Origin: Plasmodiophora brassicae | Lineage: Eukaryota | Direction: 5' to 3' | Length of the DNA stretch: 64,000 bases | Assembly: GCA_036867785.1 (NCBI GenBank) | Contig: CP145425.1 | Coordinates: 186,001 to 250,000, forward strand | Part shown: positions 48,575 to 61,624 of the stretch, piece by piece | Layout: every line of letters starts with the position of its first letter | Position numbering within the stretch: the first letter of the stretch is position 1 | Position numbers and translations under genes: made by a program | The notes under the pieces: generated by a model | Told to the model about the DNA's origin: nothing | What the model saw: only the letters and a program-made list of their open reading frames with translations | The model's database searches: none

Positions 48575-50234
48575 TCAGGCGACACGCACGAGCAACGACA
48601 GCAAACGACCAACCGAGGATGGGGTTGACGGCCGACTCTGACGAAACAGTGCCTGTGCAGGTAGCATTGGCGTAGGAGGGACAAGGCTCAGTTTCGGAGC
48701 TTGAGGTGACATGTTCAAGGAATTAACGGGCCCTTCCGATGCGCCGTGCGACACCTGTGCCCTTCTCAGGTTTCGCAAACGACGTGCGCAACTGTGCAAC
48801 GAACCTGTTGGCGCAAATCGTTAACCGAACTTTGAACGACAGGAACAAGGTGACCGAGCGAGTCGACAAGCTCGCGCATGCTTTTGAGCCGGTTTGACTC
48901 GACGTGGGCGCATTTACTGGACCATGATCGTTTCTCCTACAACGCTATGAGTGCTCATGCCATTTCTGATGAACGGCGGGTTGTGTACATGGATCTCGTC
49001 CAGCCCGTTTGGCAAATCGACCGAACGTTGCAGGGATTCAAGCGTCTCCGAGAACGAGTCGATCAGATCGACGAGGTTCACGTGTGCACCTGCAACGAGA
49101 TCATGGCCGTCCAAGCGTCGCGACACTTCGACGCCATCGGTTGTCGTAACACGCTCGATTTCGTCTGCGAGCAACGCCAGTCAGAGGCGGAGGGCCCTGA
49201 TTGGTTGCCCAGCATACCCCTGTAGGTTCTCATTTCCCGAAGAAGTTCCAGGATGCGACTCCATGCAGACTGCAACAACTCGACCTTCTTGACGCGGTGC
49301 ACGTTTGCAATCTCGGTGAACGCTTCAGCATCGTTTTCCCGAGTTGATCTCCGATACGCGTCCTCCACCTCACCCTAGTCTCGGGTCAGCATTGACACTA
49401 TCAATTGACGGCGATCCCCTACCTGGCGGCTGTGTTGTTGCCTGTACTCGTCCGCTATCTTGTCAATTAATGACTGAAGATGCGTATCAGTGTTCACCCG
49501 CTCGTGAAGCGCTCGTTGCAGCAATGCGATTTGAACGCGGACACGATCCTGCACGTCCACGTTAGTACGGTTTGCGTCTCCGCTGCCAACTGGTGCAACC
49601 TGCAGAGCGGCGTCATGCGCTGCGAGCAGATGCCCTGGAATCGTCTTCGGGTCGGGCAGTCCGAACACCATGTCGGCGTAGAGCTGAGGATGCTCCGACC
49701 GGAACACATGCTCGAGGACATGAGACGACAGGTGCCAGACGACATTGCACACTCTACAGCGCGTACGACGTTGAACAATTCGCGATAGGCGGCCATTACT
49801 GTGGGGAAACCTTGGCCCGAACGCTTGCGTTAAATGCGATTTCAACGTTGTCCCTCTGGGAAGCTGGTCGGAGAGTTCCAGGGCGTGCAGCAGATTGTAG
49901 AGAACGACCGTCCGGAACTCGTAATCCTGGTCGCGGCCCATGACCGGCCAGACGTGTGCGAAATCCTGGCAGAAGGTCACGTCCACAGTCGTCGTCGTGC
50001 AGCGATCAACGACGAAGGGCTCACAATGCGGGCCTGCGCCGGGTCTTTCCTCGTGAACAGGAAGTGTGTGATGACGATCAGCCCTTTCGGGTTGCTCTTG
50101 CGGAACATGTCCGGGCCGAACGACGCGCCCGGGTACCGCTTGAACGCATCGGCGGCGTCGAACCCCAGCAGGGTCACGTTGCGCCACATCAGCGTCTCAA
50201 CGTCGACCGACTCCCAGCACTCCACCGCCGTCAT
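48575..50234 (-). CDS. HAUS6: Augmin/HAUS subunit 6 (HAUS6/AUG6), multi-exon
   Basis: N-terminal LMWRNVTLLGFD..FGPDMFRKSNPKGLIVITHFLF../DFAHVWPV..YEFR..LSSHVL matches the HAUS6_N pattern; coiled coil follows. 3' end uncertain. Confidence 0.75.
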
Positions 50235-50423
50235 CGTTCGACTCGCCAATACGCTAATTATACCTTCCGACCGACCTACAGACGGGGGGCACACGCGGCA
50301 CACCAACACGCAGGCGAATGCTGAATGTGCTCTGGACTCGACAACACTTAGTTTATTAGCTGGTCGAAGACAACGCGCCGCTACTGGTAGCCTTTGTGCA
50401 GGTTGGGGGAGATGATGCACTCA

Positions 50424-50894
<471 letters not shown>

Positions 50895-51405
50895 CGTACT
50901 CGACGCACTTGAACGGTCACGCTGCGGCAGTGAAGACGCCCCACTCGCTTGTGCCGCTGCCAAAAAGTCCGAAGCGGCCGTAAATGCAGCCGCCAGTACG
51001 TGACGCATACTATTACTACCGGCAAAGCGGGCAGCCGGACCGGTAGGTACAGGCACCGTCGGCCCGAGCCCCGAGGCCGACGCGGTTTCCGTGGATGGCG
51101 CGTGAATGCCACCTTTTCGGTCGCAGGAATCACGACCGGCAGCGTCGCAACTGACACGTGTGTTTCAGGTCGGCTAATAATTGAGACTGTGGGAGCAGTG
51201 CGAACCATAAGTGACCGGCTGTCTCCCTTCCGAGCAGTGTGCACTGGGCATTTGAGGGCACAAGGCACGTAGAATCCTGAATTGGATGGCTATGACAGAA
51301 TTGCTGTAGGTATAATGTAACGTCACGGTCAGGGTGAAGCGGCTCCGCATCGTCATCACATAAAATGTCAACAAGGGGCTATAACCTTTTCAAAAAGTAG
51401 AACTA

Positions 51406-51478
51406 AGGCCACGCAGGGAGTCGAACCCTGGTCTACAGATTCAGAGTCTGTCGTGATAGCCACCTACACTACACGGCC
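51406..51478 (-). tRNA. tRNA-Gln (anticodon CTG)
   Basis: GGCCGTG acceptor, ACAGA-CTCTGAA-TCTGT anticodon arm, GGTTCGACTCC T-loop, followed by TTTTT. Confidence 0.93.
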
Positions 51479-51487
51479 GGAACGTAT

Positions 51488-51572
51488 TGCCTGCGGCAAG
51501 GCTCGAACTTGCGACCTCAGGATAACTCATTGGATATGAGACCTACGCTACTACCAACTGAGCCACGCAGGC
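51488..51572 (-). tRNA. Elongator tRNA-Met (CAT) with 11-nt intron (51524-51534)
   Basis: GCCTGCGTGGCTCAGTTGGTAGTAGCGTAGGTCTCATA[TCCAATGAGTT]ATCCTGAGGTCGCAAGTTCGAGCCTTGCCGCAGGCA. Confidence 0.93.
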
Positions 51573-51790
51573 ATGATCCGTCGGGCTGGGCCCTGCTTTG
51601 CACTCATGACGGGAATTCGCTCTGTGGTACCCGCGAAGCACCAACTGGCCACCAACTTCCCAATTCGTCAGCGGGTATGATCCCATCAAATCATTCTGTA
51701 CACGTGTCCAGCAGAACGTTCGATTCAACACGAACGCGCTATGGTCGCTCCCGAACAATGCCGCGTGCGCGCAGTCGTCCCCGTACGTCG

Positions 51791-54700
51791 ATGGCGGCCC
51801 AGGCGCTGACCGTTCGCCCGCTGACCATCAGGCTGGTGGAACGCCTCGATGGGTCCTCAATGGCGACATCGGATGGGGTTCGTTACGTAACCGCGCGAGA
51901 AAGTTGTGTCGGTAATCATATCGGGCGCCGTTAGGTCCGGTATGCTTTGAAGACGTTCGCCAACCACCAGTTCCTGTCGACGGACACCCAGGCCGTCGAA
52001 CGTGAGCTCACAGGGTATGAACGAATATGCACATATGCCATGATCTGGCTGAAGCCGCTCTGGGCAGGCTTGTCGAGAAGTTCATCGTCAGTGGCCATCG
52101 AGGACGCGCTGATGCCCTTACCGTACTTTCAAGGCGGTACCTGGACGCGTCGCCAAACGTGAACGCGCTGTCTGCCACCTGCTACGATATCGCTGACATT
52201 GTCATTGTCGCAGGAAACATCGTACGACGTGCTTCGAATGCTGTGCTGTCTGGCAAATTCCCCAACAACGGATCCGACTTGGCACGCGGTGACGTTATCT
52301 CCTGGATCTGGGCCGACGGCATCCGCCGATGAAGGCGATATCAGATCGGCGTTGAAGGCGCTGGATCTTGATGACGGGTGGCACGTCGAATTCGATGTCT
52401 GTTGTGCGTCCAGTTCGGAAGAAGACCAAGATGGGGAAGGTGTTGACACGACGTCTGGTGAGACGATGAACAGGCTTCGTGGACGTCTGCGGACCAAACA
52501 AGGCTTTAAGGATGCCCAGGTGTCTGGGCTGGACGCGAAGTCGCTTCCCTCAACCAGTTCCAGCCCGTTTGCCGACTTCGTTCTGAAGGTGCTTGGTGAA
52601 CGCCGAGCTGGTGGTGGTGGTGGTGCTGCTGCTGCTGCTAGGTCAGGAGCGGTTCCCCTCTGCCTTTGGAGACATTGAGCGTGGTCCACAGGAAAACGTA
52701 TCCTACTGAGCAATATCGCACTGGAGAGGCTCCCGAATGGACGGTACCGTCTATTATCCGCCGAGTTGGTACGTAAGCTGCTCTTAACCGGCATGGTTAT
52801 CAAGAATCTGAACGGCAATAGTCCACATGCTGAACGGAGTAGAGAGCGACATGTTCCCCCTGTCATCCGCCAAGGTTCGATTCGTTCAGGGGTTCAGTTT
52901 GGATAAGCGCCTTAGCCACAATGTTCAGTTTTCTGTGCGACGCGTGATATCTGTCGGAGGCGTTTCTAGCGACGCCTTCGAGCAGTTCATGGATCGGTTC
53001 TGCTGTATGGCAAACGCATCGTTGACCATGGCGACCTTCGTTGCACGCTGCGTCAATTCGCATACGGAGCCATCGCTGCAAGCCATTGCCAGCGCCGTTT
53101 CCGACATCCATATGGAGAACTCGGCACTTCTGAAGTCGTTACTCAAGTCTCCATCCAGACCCAGTCGGTTGCGATCAGTAGGTCCCCCTCCTGCCCAATT
53201 GACCCTGCGGATTAGAGACGTTTCATGATCTGCATTTACTCGTGGAGCCGATCCTTATTACCGCCATGCCGCTGTCTAAGATACTGCATCCGTTCATCGG
53301 ACCGCTCAATGGTGCCATACACGTGGTTTGTAACTGCCGCTTTGATTGATTTGGTTGTCCAGATGGCGAAGAGGCGTTTCGATGCGCGTCGTTGCTGACC
53401 GCGCTGTATGACGGTTTATGTACCGCGATCGCATCTGGCAATCCTCGGCTGTCCGAACTGTTGTTTCAGCTTCTGCTGTGTGGATGCAAACCGTACGTTC
53501 AGACGCTGCAACACGTCATCGAATTGGGGTCGATTCCCTTGAGGCGCGAACCTCAGTTTATGGTGGCGCTCTTGTCTAACGTCGTGTTCGAACGCGTTTG
53601 ACGGGTTCAAGGAAATGAATTCTAACTCGCTCTTTATTCAGACGGGACACGTCTAATCGCAGTCGATGGATGCAGTACTCGATGCGAAGCCCAGAATGCA
53701 TCCCCGTGTTCCTGCGGCCGCTTTCTGAGCACCTGATTGAATCTTGCCGATCAATATCCTTGCTGCAACAATGCAAACAGGTATGGTCGTATTGTCCCGA
53801 CACTTGCGGATCACATGTGCCCACATGCTGCAGTCTGTGCAAGCATTCGCCAATCTATCGAAAACGGGCGACATATATGGCAAGTTTCTGAGTCGCATGC
53901 AAAGCGCTGCTAACAGTAAGGGGGGCGTGTACGTCCAAATGTGCGATTGCTCACCAACCGATCGGGCAATAACGCCAGGTCTATATGCCGTGCCGTTTGA
54001 GACGGTGATGAAGGAAGCCATTCTGGTGCCGTGCCTGGAGCGGTTCCGCTCTGTCGACGCCTTTGTCGTCAGGCACTTTATTTCGAGTTGCAACCTGTAC
54101 GTCTGTGCCTGCGATCCCTGTCGGTAGCGCTCGTCAACGACCACCTTGTTACACAGAGGACACCAGTTCAACCAGCTGCGTTCGTGCTTCTTCATGACGC
54201 ATGGCCATCGATTCGTGGACTTCATTGGCGAGTACGCACGTCAGATGTCGTCAACAGGTGCTGTGGACGGCGATGAACTCACACGAGTGCTCCGATATGC
54301 TCATGCCGACGATGGTGTTGATGTCGACGACATGACGGTCTCGGGCAACGAAGCAAACGTGCCCGAGATTCACGTCAACGTCGGTCCCGTCGCGCTTCCC
54401 ATAGCACGCCGGTTGCTGACGCGCTGCACAGGTCGAGTTTCCTTTATCGGTCGCGATTACAGATGAGCACCTGAAGCACTACAATGCAATATTCGGTCTG
54501 CTGGTTGAAATTCGGTGCGCGAAGCAGACTCTGGAGGCGTTGATGAAGGACACGGCCGGCGCGTTTCGACGTTTCTCCACGGCTCCGTTCAGCAGACGGC
54601 GCCTCCTGAAGCGCTTCATGCACCTGAAGTTCGAGATCGTGCACTTTGTCAACAACCTGAACGCGTACATGGTATCCGGCATTCTGAACCACGCGTCCCA

Positions 54701-55314
54701 GGGCAGGCCGGCCACCGCATGACAAAGTATTGTGTCTCTGACGGTGCTGTCGTAGATTTCATGAGCCAGGTTCAGGCCGCTGGCAGCATTTGTAGGTGGG
54801 CGCGATTCAATGCTTGCCGCGTCTCATTCCCAACAGGTCGCATCGAGCGTTTGCACTCGGCGTCCCTGCAAGGTCTGATGCGAGACTTGCTGCTTCACGA
54901 AAGGACGCGAGTCGTTCTGGACCACGTGCGTTCCATACTCGTGCTGGCCGGTCGCGTTCGCGAATGGATGCACGGCTTCGCGAACGTGTCCGCGCATGGC
55001 GATGTCGACGAGGTACACGTCGACTGCGATCGGTCCCGACCCGCGGTTCTCATTGGGTCCACACAGTGCTCGGCAAGACTGGACGACATCGAACACGACT
55101 TTCGCCTAGCGCATCGCTTCCTTCTCACGCTGCTCAACCAGGTTGTGCTACATGCCGGGTCGAACTCGTCACGTAAACACCCCTCCCCCGTATCGACCTG
55201 GTCGACCGGCCCGCGACTTACCTTCGGTCCACAGTCGGCAGCGTGCTCTCCGGCCTCAACTTCAACTCGTTCTACAAGGTCGAGAACCTCGCCGCTGACC
55301 GCAGGCGACCCTGA
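51791..55314 (+). CDS. TUBGCP5: Gamma-tubulin complex component, GCP5-like (Spc97/98 family), many exons
   Basis: FANHQFLSTD..ERELTG, YDVLRMLCCLANSP, CKPYVQTL, CIPVFLRPL, LRSCFFMTHG, YNAIFGLLVEIR, LKFEIVHFVNNLNAY, LNFNSFY. Confidence 0.78.
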
Positions 55315-55510
55315 CGACGCGTCGGTACATGCTGCGCCTACTGTAATATTCATCTTCTTCCCGTCTCCTATCCATCGTCCGGTTCCCCTGTCCTGTAGCG
55401 ACGTTGCTCGGTCCACGCGCGTGGAGGCGACTGTGCCTGTGCCTGTGGCTCGTCCTCCTCGGGACGGACCTCAGAGGGAACCTTCTGTAACGGTCGAGGC
55501 GGGTCCAGGG

Positions 55511-57302
55511 ATGACGACGCTTCTCGGTCGACGATGGCTGTCCGCGTCGGCGGCCAGGCGGACGAAGAAGGTGTTCCCGTCCGCCGAGGCGGCGTTGCAG
55601 GCGGCCGGGTTGCGATCGGCGATGACGATCCTGGTCGGCGGGTTCGGCATCTGCGGCATCCCGATGCGTTGCATCGACGCGATCAACGCCCGCGACGACG
55701 TTCGCGACCTGACCGTCGTCAGCAACAACTGCGGCGTCGACGACTGGGGCCTGGGCGTCCTGCTCCGGTCGCGAAAGATCAGGACGATGATCGCGTCGGT
55801 TCGTGGCCGGTGCGCCCGGCCCCCGCCCGCCGCTGACCGAACGCGACAGGTCGTACGTCGGCGAGAACGCCGAGTTCGAGCGGCAGTACCTCGCAGGCGA
55901 GCTGTCCGTCCAGCTGGTGCCCCAGGGGACCCTGGCGGAAGCGCTTCGTGCCGCAGGCGCCGGTCAGGACGCACCCCCCTCGACACCCGTGTCCCGCCCG
56001 ACTGACCAATCGCACAGGGATCCCCGCGTTCTACACGCCGACGGGCGCCGGCACCGTCCTGCAGGACGGCGGGTTCCCCATCAGGTACGGCGGGAGCGGC
56101 GACGTCGAGATCGGCAGCGACCCGATGGAGTCGCGACGGTTCGTCAACCCGCGCCGCGCCGTCGAACAGGAGTACGTGCTCCAGAGGGTGGGCAGGCGAC
56201 GGTCGGCGACGACGCATGGGCGCGACTGACCGACCTGGCGGCAGGCCATCGCGGGCGACGTCGGCCTGGTGAAGGCGTGGAAGGCGGACCGGTACGGGAA
56301 CCTGCTGTTCCGGGGCACGTCGATGAATTTCAACCCGGACGTGGCGATGGCGTCCCGGTTCTGCATCGCCGAGGTCGAGGACATCGTCGACCTGGGCGAC
56401 ATCCCTCCGGAGCGGGTCCACGTCCCGGGCGTGTTCGTCGACGCCATCGTCCTGGACGCCGACGTCCGCAAGCGGATCGAGCGGCGTACGACGCGGACGA
56501 CGACGATGACGAAGGAGGCGCAGCAGGGGCGCCGCGAGCGCATCGTGAGGCGGGCGGCGCTGGAGCTGAAGGACGGCATGGTGGTCAACCTGGGCATCGG
56601 CATGCCGACGCTGGCCAGCAATTACGTGCCGGCCGGCGTCCAGATCATGCTGCAGAGCGAGAACGGCCTGCTGGGCATGGGCCCGTACCCGCTGGAGCAT
56701 GCGGTCGACCCGGACCTGATCAACGCCGGCAAAGAGACCGTCGTACGTGAGGCGGGGCCCCGATGTGTCGACATGGCCACCTGACCGGTGCGTGTCGCAG
56801 ACCGCGCTGCCGGGGGCGTCCATCTTCAGCTCGTCGGCGTCGTTCGCGATGATCCGCGGCGGGCACGTTGACGTGAGCATCCTGGGCGCGATGGAGGTCA
56901 GCCAGGCGGGCGACCTGGCCAACTGGGTCATCCCCGGCAAGCTCGTCAAGGGGATGGGTAGGGCGCGCCGCGCGTCTTCATGTCGCCCGCTGACGCCCCG
57001 ACGACGGCGCAGGTGGCGCGATGGACCTGGTCAGCTCTGGGACGCGCGTCATCGTCACGATGGAGCACACGGCGAAGGACGGGCGGTCGAAGATCCTGAA
57101 ACGGTGCCGCCTGCCGCTGACCGGTCGCCATTGCGTGGACCGGATCATCACCGACCTCGCCGTGTTCGACGTCGACCGAGGCCGCGGCCTGACGCTCGTC
57201 GAGATCTACGACGACGTCACCGTCGACGACGTGCGCTCGAAGACCGAGGCTGAGTTCGCCGTCGCCGACGATCTGCAGGTGATCCCCTCATCATCCTCAT
57301 GA
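55511..57302 (+). CDS. OXCT1: Succinyl-CoA:3-oxoacid CoA transferase (SCOT), mitochondrial, multi-exon
   Basis: [77 protein letters not shown]. Confidence 0.95.
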
Positions 57303-57469
57303 ATACACGTGTTGCGGGCTCCTGGACGTTGGGTACGGTACCATGAATCACGTCCTGTTCGGGGAGGGGACGGTTCGGTGACGTCACCGTTCCGAGGATC
57401 GTCAAACGTGAAACCCCTTCGCTTCACCGAAAAGGCCTCTGTCGCCAACGAACCATCCCTAATCAGCCA

Positions 57470-58058
57470 ATGAGGCTCGCGCTCGTCGCCTTGGCCGTCC
57501 TGTTGTTCGCCGTCCTGTTCCTCGGGGCGGATGCCGACGACACGCGCCTGAAGGTCTTCCACGGCGATGGCCACATCGACCAGTAGGGGATGTCCCGTCC
57601 TGATCAACAATGGGTTCTAACGCGTGCCGCTAGTCGTGACGTCCATGGCGATGAACATGCGCACCATGAACGCGACCACCACGGTTCGTAGTACACGTTG
57701 CACGTTCGTGAGTAAACGCTGAACCGTGCCGCAGGACATGCGCTCTCGCATGGGCATCACCACGACGTAATCGCGCTCTGCCGGTTGATCTAGGGGACAG
57801 GGGAGCTGACGTCCATTTGCCACAGGGTGAGGAGGACGATGAGCATGAGGACCACGAGCACCACTACGACGACGAGGCCGACGGTGAGCACCACCACGTA
57901 CGTCGCCTATGGGTTTGGTTTGTTGCCATCCCCTTACTGACTCCGTTCGCTGTTCAGCACTACGACGGTGCAACCGATGGGCACCAGTACGTGGACGTTC
58001 ACGACCGTTTATGCCATTGTGCTAACCGCCATTTGTGTGCAGTGGTCACTGGGCCTAG
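57470..58058 (+). CDS. Small secreted His/Asp-rich protein encoded by six short exons (103 aa)
   Basis: Exons 57470-57582, 57634-57683, 57735-57766, 57826-57897, 57958-57986, 58043-58058 joined by five 51-60 nt GT-AG introns; all phases are compatible. Confidence 0.85.
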
Positions 58059-58087
58059 TCGTCGTTCCGTTTGTCAATACACGCTTG

Positions 58088-59255
58088 TTAAGCACGTCCG
58101 CTGTCGTCGTTTGTGTCGGGCCGAGTCGCGTTGACGACAACGGGGAAGATTTCGCCATTGCGGACGTAATGCGACCCGGCGCCGATCGCATCCAGGGCCG
58201 CGCTGATGAAGTGACTGTGTGTCACCACGACGACAACGGGGGCGCTCAGGCCAAAGACGCGGTCGAGGAACCGCATCGCTCTGACCTTGACGTCGTCCCA
58301 CGACTCGACAATGGCCCCGTCGAACATTGGGTCCGCATCGCTACGAGAGCAAGTCAACGCACGAACGATGACGGACACAGGACGGGTGTAGGAGAACCTC
58401 GCGAACCCGATCTCGCGGCTTCGACTGGTTCGCATGGTGAACCCGACCCGGTCCCCGAACTGGACCCTCAACGACGTCATGGGGCCGCACCTGGCGCGAA
58501 AACGATCAGCCCTGCTCACTGCTGCTGGCGCTCGCCAACCGACTACCCGGTACGGTTCGACATGACGCTTCGTCGCGCATCGCAGGCGTTGCCAGTGAAA
58601 TGCTCCCGGCAGTCGTCGTCGGCGACCCATCGTGCACGCGGGAACGCAGTGACAGCGGTCTGGATGCTTCGCTGGAGCGGACTAACGATGTACGCGACCT
58701 GCTGACCGAGGTGTCTGACGAGGTCCGACGTACGAACGTATTCGCGAAGGAGGGCCGCCTGCTTCTGCCCCTTGCCCGATAGCGCTGGGTCGTACTGTGC
58801 CGACAATGGTGTTCGTCAGAGCGCAGGGCGTTGCTCGGGGGGCGGACGTCCTACCAGATGGCATGGGCGGGGCGCCCAGCGTACGGCACGTCGCGCCGTC
58901 TCAATCGCAGTGTTGTGCTCTGAACGCGGATCCTGGTCATACATCGTCACGCGAGGTTCGCCCGCGCGCACGTACCGGCCTGACAGTGTCGAACGAACAG
59001 GACCAGCTTCTGGTCGGGTGCCAGGGCTGCAATCACATCCGACCAGCTGCTGGGCGCCCTTGCAACAGGCCACGGGTCGTTATTCATGTGCGACGCGATC
59101 AGCCGCGTTACGGGGTCCCGTCTGGCAAGTTGCGGCCAGGCGGGCCTGACGGGAAACAGGTTCACGTCCGCCCTGTACAAGACGGCCCCGCCGCACGCTG
59201 CCACCACGCAGGCGCCGAGCACAACAACAACAACAACGCATGCCCGCCCAGGCAT
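58088..59255 (-). CDS. Histidine phosphatase (phosphoglycerate mutase-like) with signal peptide, multi-exon
   Basis: LFVRHCQA, DPALSGKGQKQA, IVSPLQRSIQTA, CREH..CDARR, VVTHSHFI; hydrophobic N-terminus VVVVVVLGACVVAA. Confidence 0.82.
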
Positions 59256-59542
59256 CACGCCGGCAATCTGGGTTACCCCAGCGGCGAACACGCTCTCAAA
59301 CCACCTATGTGTGGGTGCACCTCCCGGAAATACGGGACGCTGGACTGGACCCCCCGGCCTCAAGGCGGGACCTGTTTTCGGAACAACAAAAGATTCTCCG
59401 CATCGATCGACTCAGACGACGGACGTGGTGGCCGCGACAAAGTCAGCGGGCCGAGTGTGAAAATCGGACGCGATTTTCTCGGAAGGGCCGGCGCAGTTAC
59501 CGGTACAGCTGCATGGCGGGTCACGATGGGGGTCGGGTGTCG

Positions 59543-61446
59543 ATGGACGCCGCTGGCGAGATGCGGTACCTGGAGCGGGTGTACAGGCACCGCGGGTTCG
59601 TGCTGCGTCGGTGCGTCCCTGTCGGAAGCGGGGGGAGTGGCGGCATCCGCTGGTGTGCTGACGGCCTGACCAGGTCGGAGGTGGATGGCGCAGTCGACTG
59701 CGTTGCGATCGGGTTCCAGTGCACCGATCCCGAGTTTCGTCAGCAGTTCGGCGATGAGTTCACGATCACGCTGTCGATCCGCCTCCCGAGCGGATACCCG
59801 TCCGCCGCTGCCGTCGTGACAGTCAACCGTGATGATATGCCTCCGCAAATCTGCAGGTACACGCTCTGATGGACGCCGTCGCAAACTAACGCGGCGTGAC
59901 CCAGAACGATATCCCAAGCGCTGAACACGTACTGCGAGCGTCACGTCGGCCGTCCAATGCTTATTGGTGCACTCAAGTGGCTGGATCGCAACCTGGTCGA
60001 ACTGTTTCGTCTGGGCAATGCCGTCGTCAACCAAGAGCACACGCGGGTTGCCGGCGCAGAACCCTCGTCATCCGTCGTGCATTGGTCCAGCGCACAGCAG
60101 GCCCAGCTTGAATCCGCCCTGGCGCGTGTCCCCAAACTCGCCGACGTCCCCGCATCCGAACGCTGGGAGCGCATCGCCAGCCTGGTAGACGGTACGATGA
60201 TTCGCACCTGGGAACGTTCGGCTGGCGGGCCTTATCCCGATGTGGAATCTAGGGAAGTCTGCGCAGGAGTGCATGGAACGTTTCAAACAGATCAGGGACG
60301 CGCTGCGCCGCGAACAGGAACGCAAGGAACGCGTCCAGCGCATTCGTGAGAACATCAGTGAGATTGCTGTGGATAGCGGGCCCGTCGCTGACGATCCTCT
60401 GCCCGCGCTGCCGTCCGTTGACGAGTCGGCACCCGCTGGCAGCATTCGTGTGGGGTTCTCGTCCATCCAGCTCATCAACGTGTCGCTGGTCCGGGTGCGG
60501 CTGGCCCGTTTCTCGCTGCAGTGCGCGTCATGCAGGGCCAACGTCGACGCTGAGCTGGTGCCGACGCAAGTGAAGGCGGTCACCTGCGGGAAATGCTCGT
60601 CTGTGGTCACCTGCAAGTTCGTGTTCGAGATGGCGCACGTTGCCAATGCTCGAATTGGCAGTCTGTCGCTGGACGGAGCTGCCCTTGCTGACTACCTGCC
60701 ATCCGACGTCTGGGCAACGTGTGCGAATTGCTCCGCCGACATGAGCGTGAACCGGTTAGACCGGCACGCGCGCCAGGAATTGCTCTGCCACCAATGCCAT
60801 CAGCGGATGTCGCTCGTCACGGCCGAAGTCGTCTTCGAAACCGACGAACGGGGCCTCGGCCTGCGCCAACAGCGCGTTCCGAAGCGAAGCCACGTTGGTG
60901 ACGCGAGCGAAAAGCGAAACAAAGGTGGCTTTCCAATTGCATTTCATCCGCCTTCGTCCCTGCCTAATCGTGCGTACAGGACCTGAGCAGAAGCCTGCCA
61001 CTCGCGGTGCCCTGATGATTGGCACGAGTTTGCCTGATTTCGGCACCTGCAAGCATTATACGAAGTCGTATCGATGGCTGCGCTTCCCCTGCTGTGGGAA
61101 AGCGTTCCCCTGCGACATCTGTCACGAGATCGGCACTGCGTCGGCGCCGCATGAAATGAAGTGGGCGTTGCGCCAGATATGCGGGTTCTGTTCGCGAGAA
61201 TCGCCCGTCACCGGCAAGAACGTGTGCCCCTGCGGAAGAAGTGTGTGCTGGCAAACTGCTATGCTCGTCCCGATCGCACATGCTGATCGTTGTGCAGGTG
61301 TGACCAGGGCCCGGAGCTCGTTCTGGGACGGCGGGCAGGGCACTCGCGACCAAACCACAATGAGCCGGAAAGACAGTCGGAAGCACGCTGGCGCATCGAA
61401 GACCACGTCCCGGAAGCACGAACGTGTCGGCCCGAAACGCGCCTGA
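59543..61446 (+). CDS. RWD-like + SANT/Myb + CHY-type zinc finger protein, multi-exon
   Basis: LSIRLPSGYPS; WSSAQQAQLESAL..ERWERIASLVD/GKSAQECMERF; GTCKHYTKSYRWLRFPCCGKAFPCDICHE..ICGFCSRE. Confidence 0.8.
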
Positions 61447-61624
61447 CTGCCCTAGCGGGAACACCACTGCCTCCTGTGCTGTCCGGGCACCTGTCTGTCC
61501 GGTGCGTTCGAGCGTTGGCCCGACATCAACGACGGTTCTTGGTTTCGACCATCGGCGGTCGATGGCAACGATCGATATCGGCGCAAGGTTGTACCGACAC
61601 TGAAGCCATCGGAGAGGTGTATTC

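Noticed and set aside
48878-49225. Independent plus-strand 115-aa gene
   Set aside because: Overlaps minus-strand coiled-coil exons that continue the HAUS6-like gene.
51000-51395. Structured ncRNA (RNase MRP/P-like, because of AAGGGGCT near a T-run)
   Set aside because: The matching GAAAGTCCCC-type CR-I motif was not found; more simply the ATG8 upstream region.
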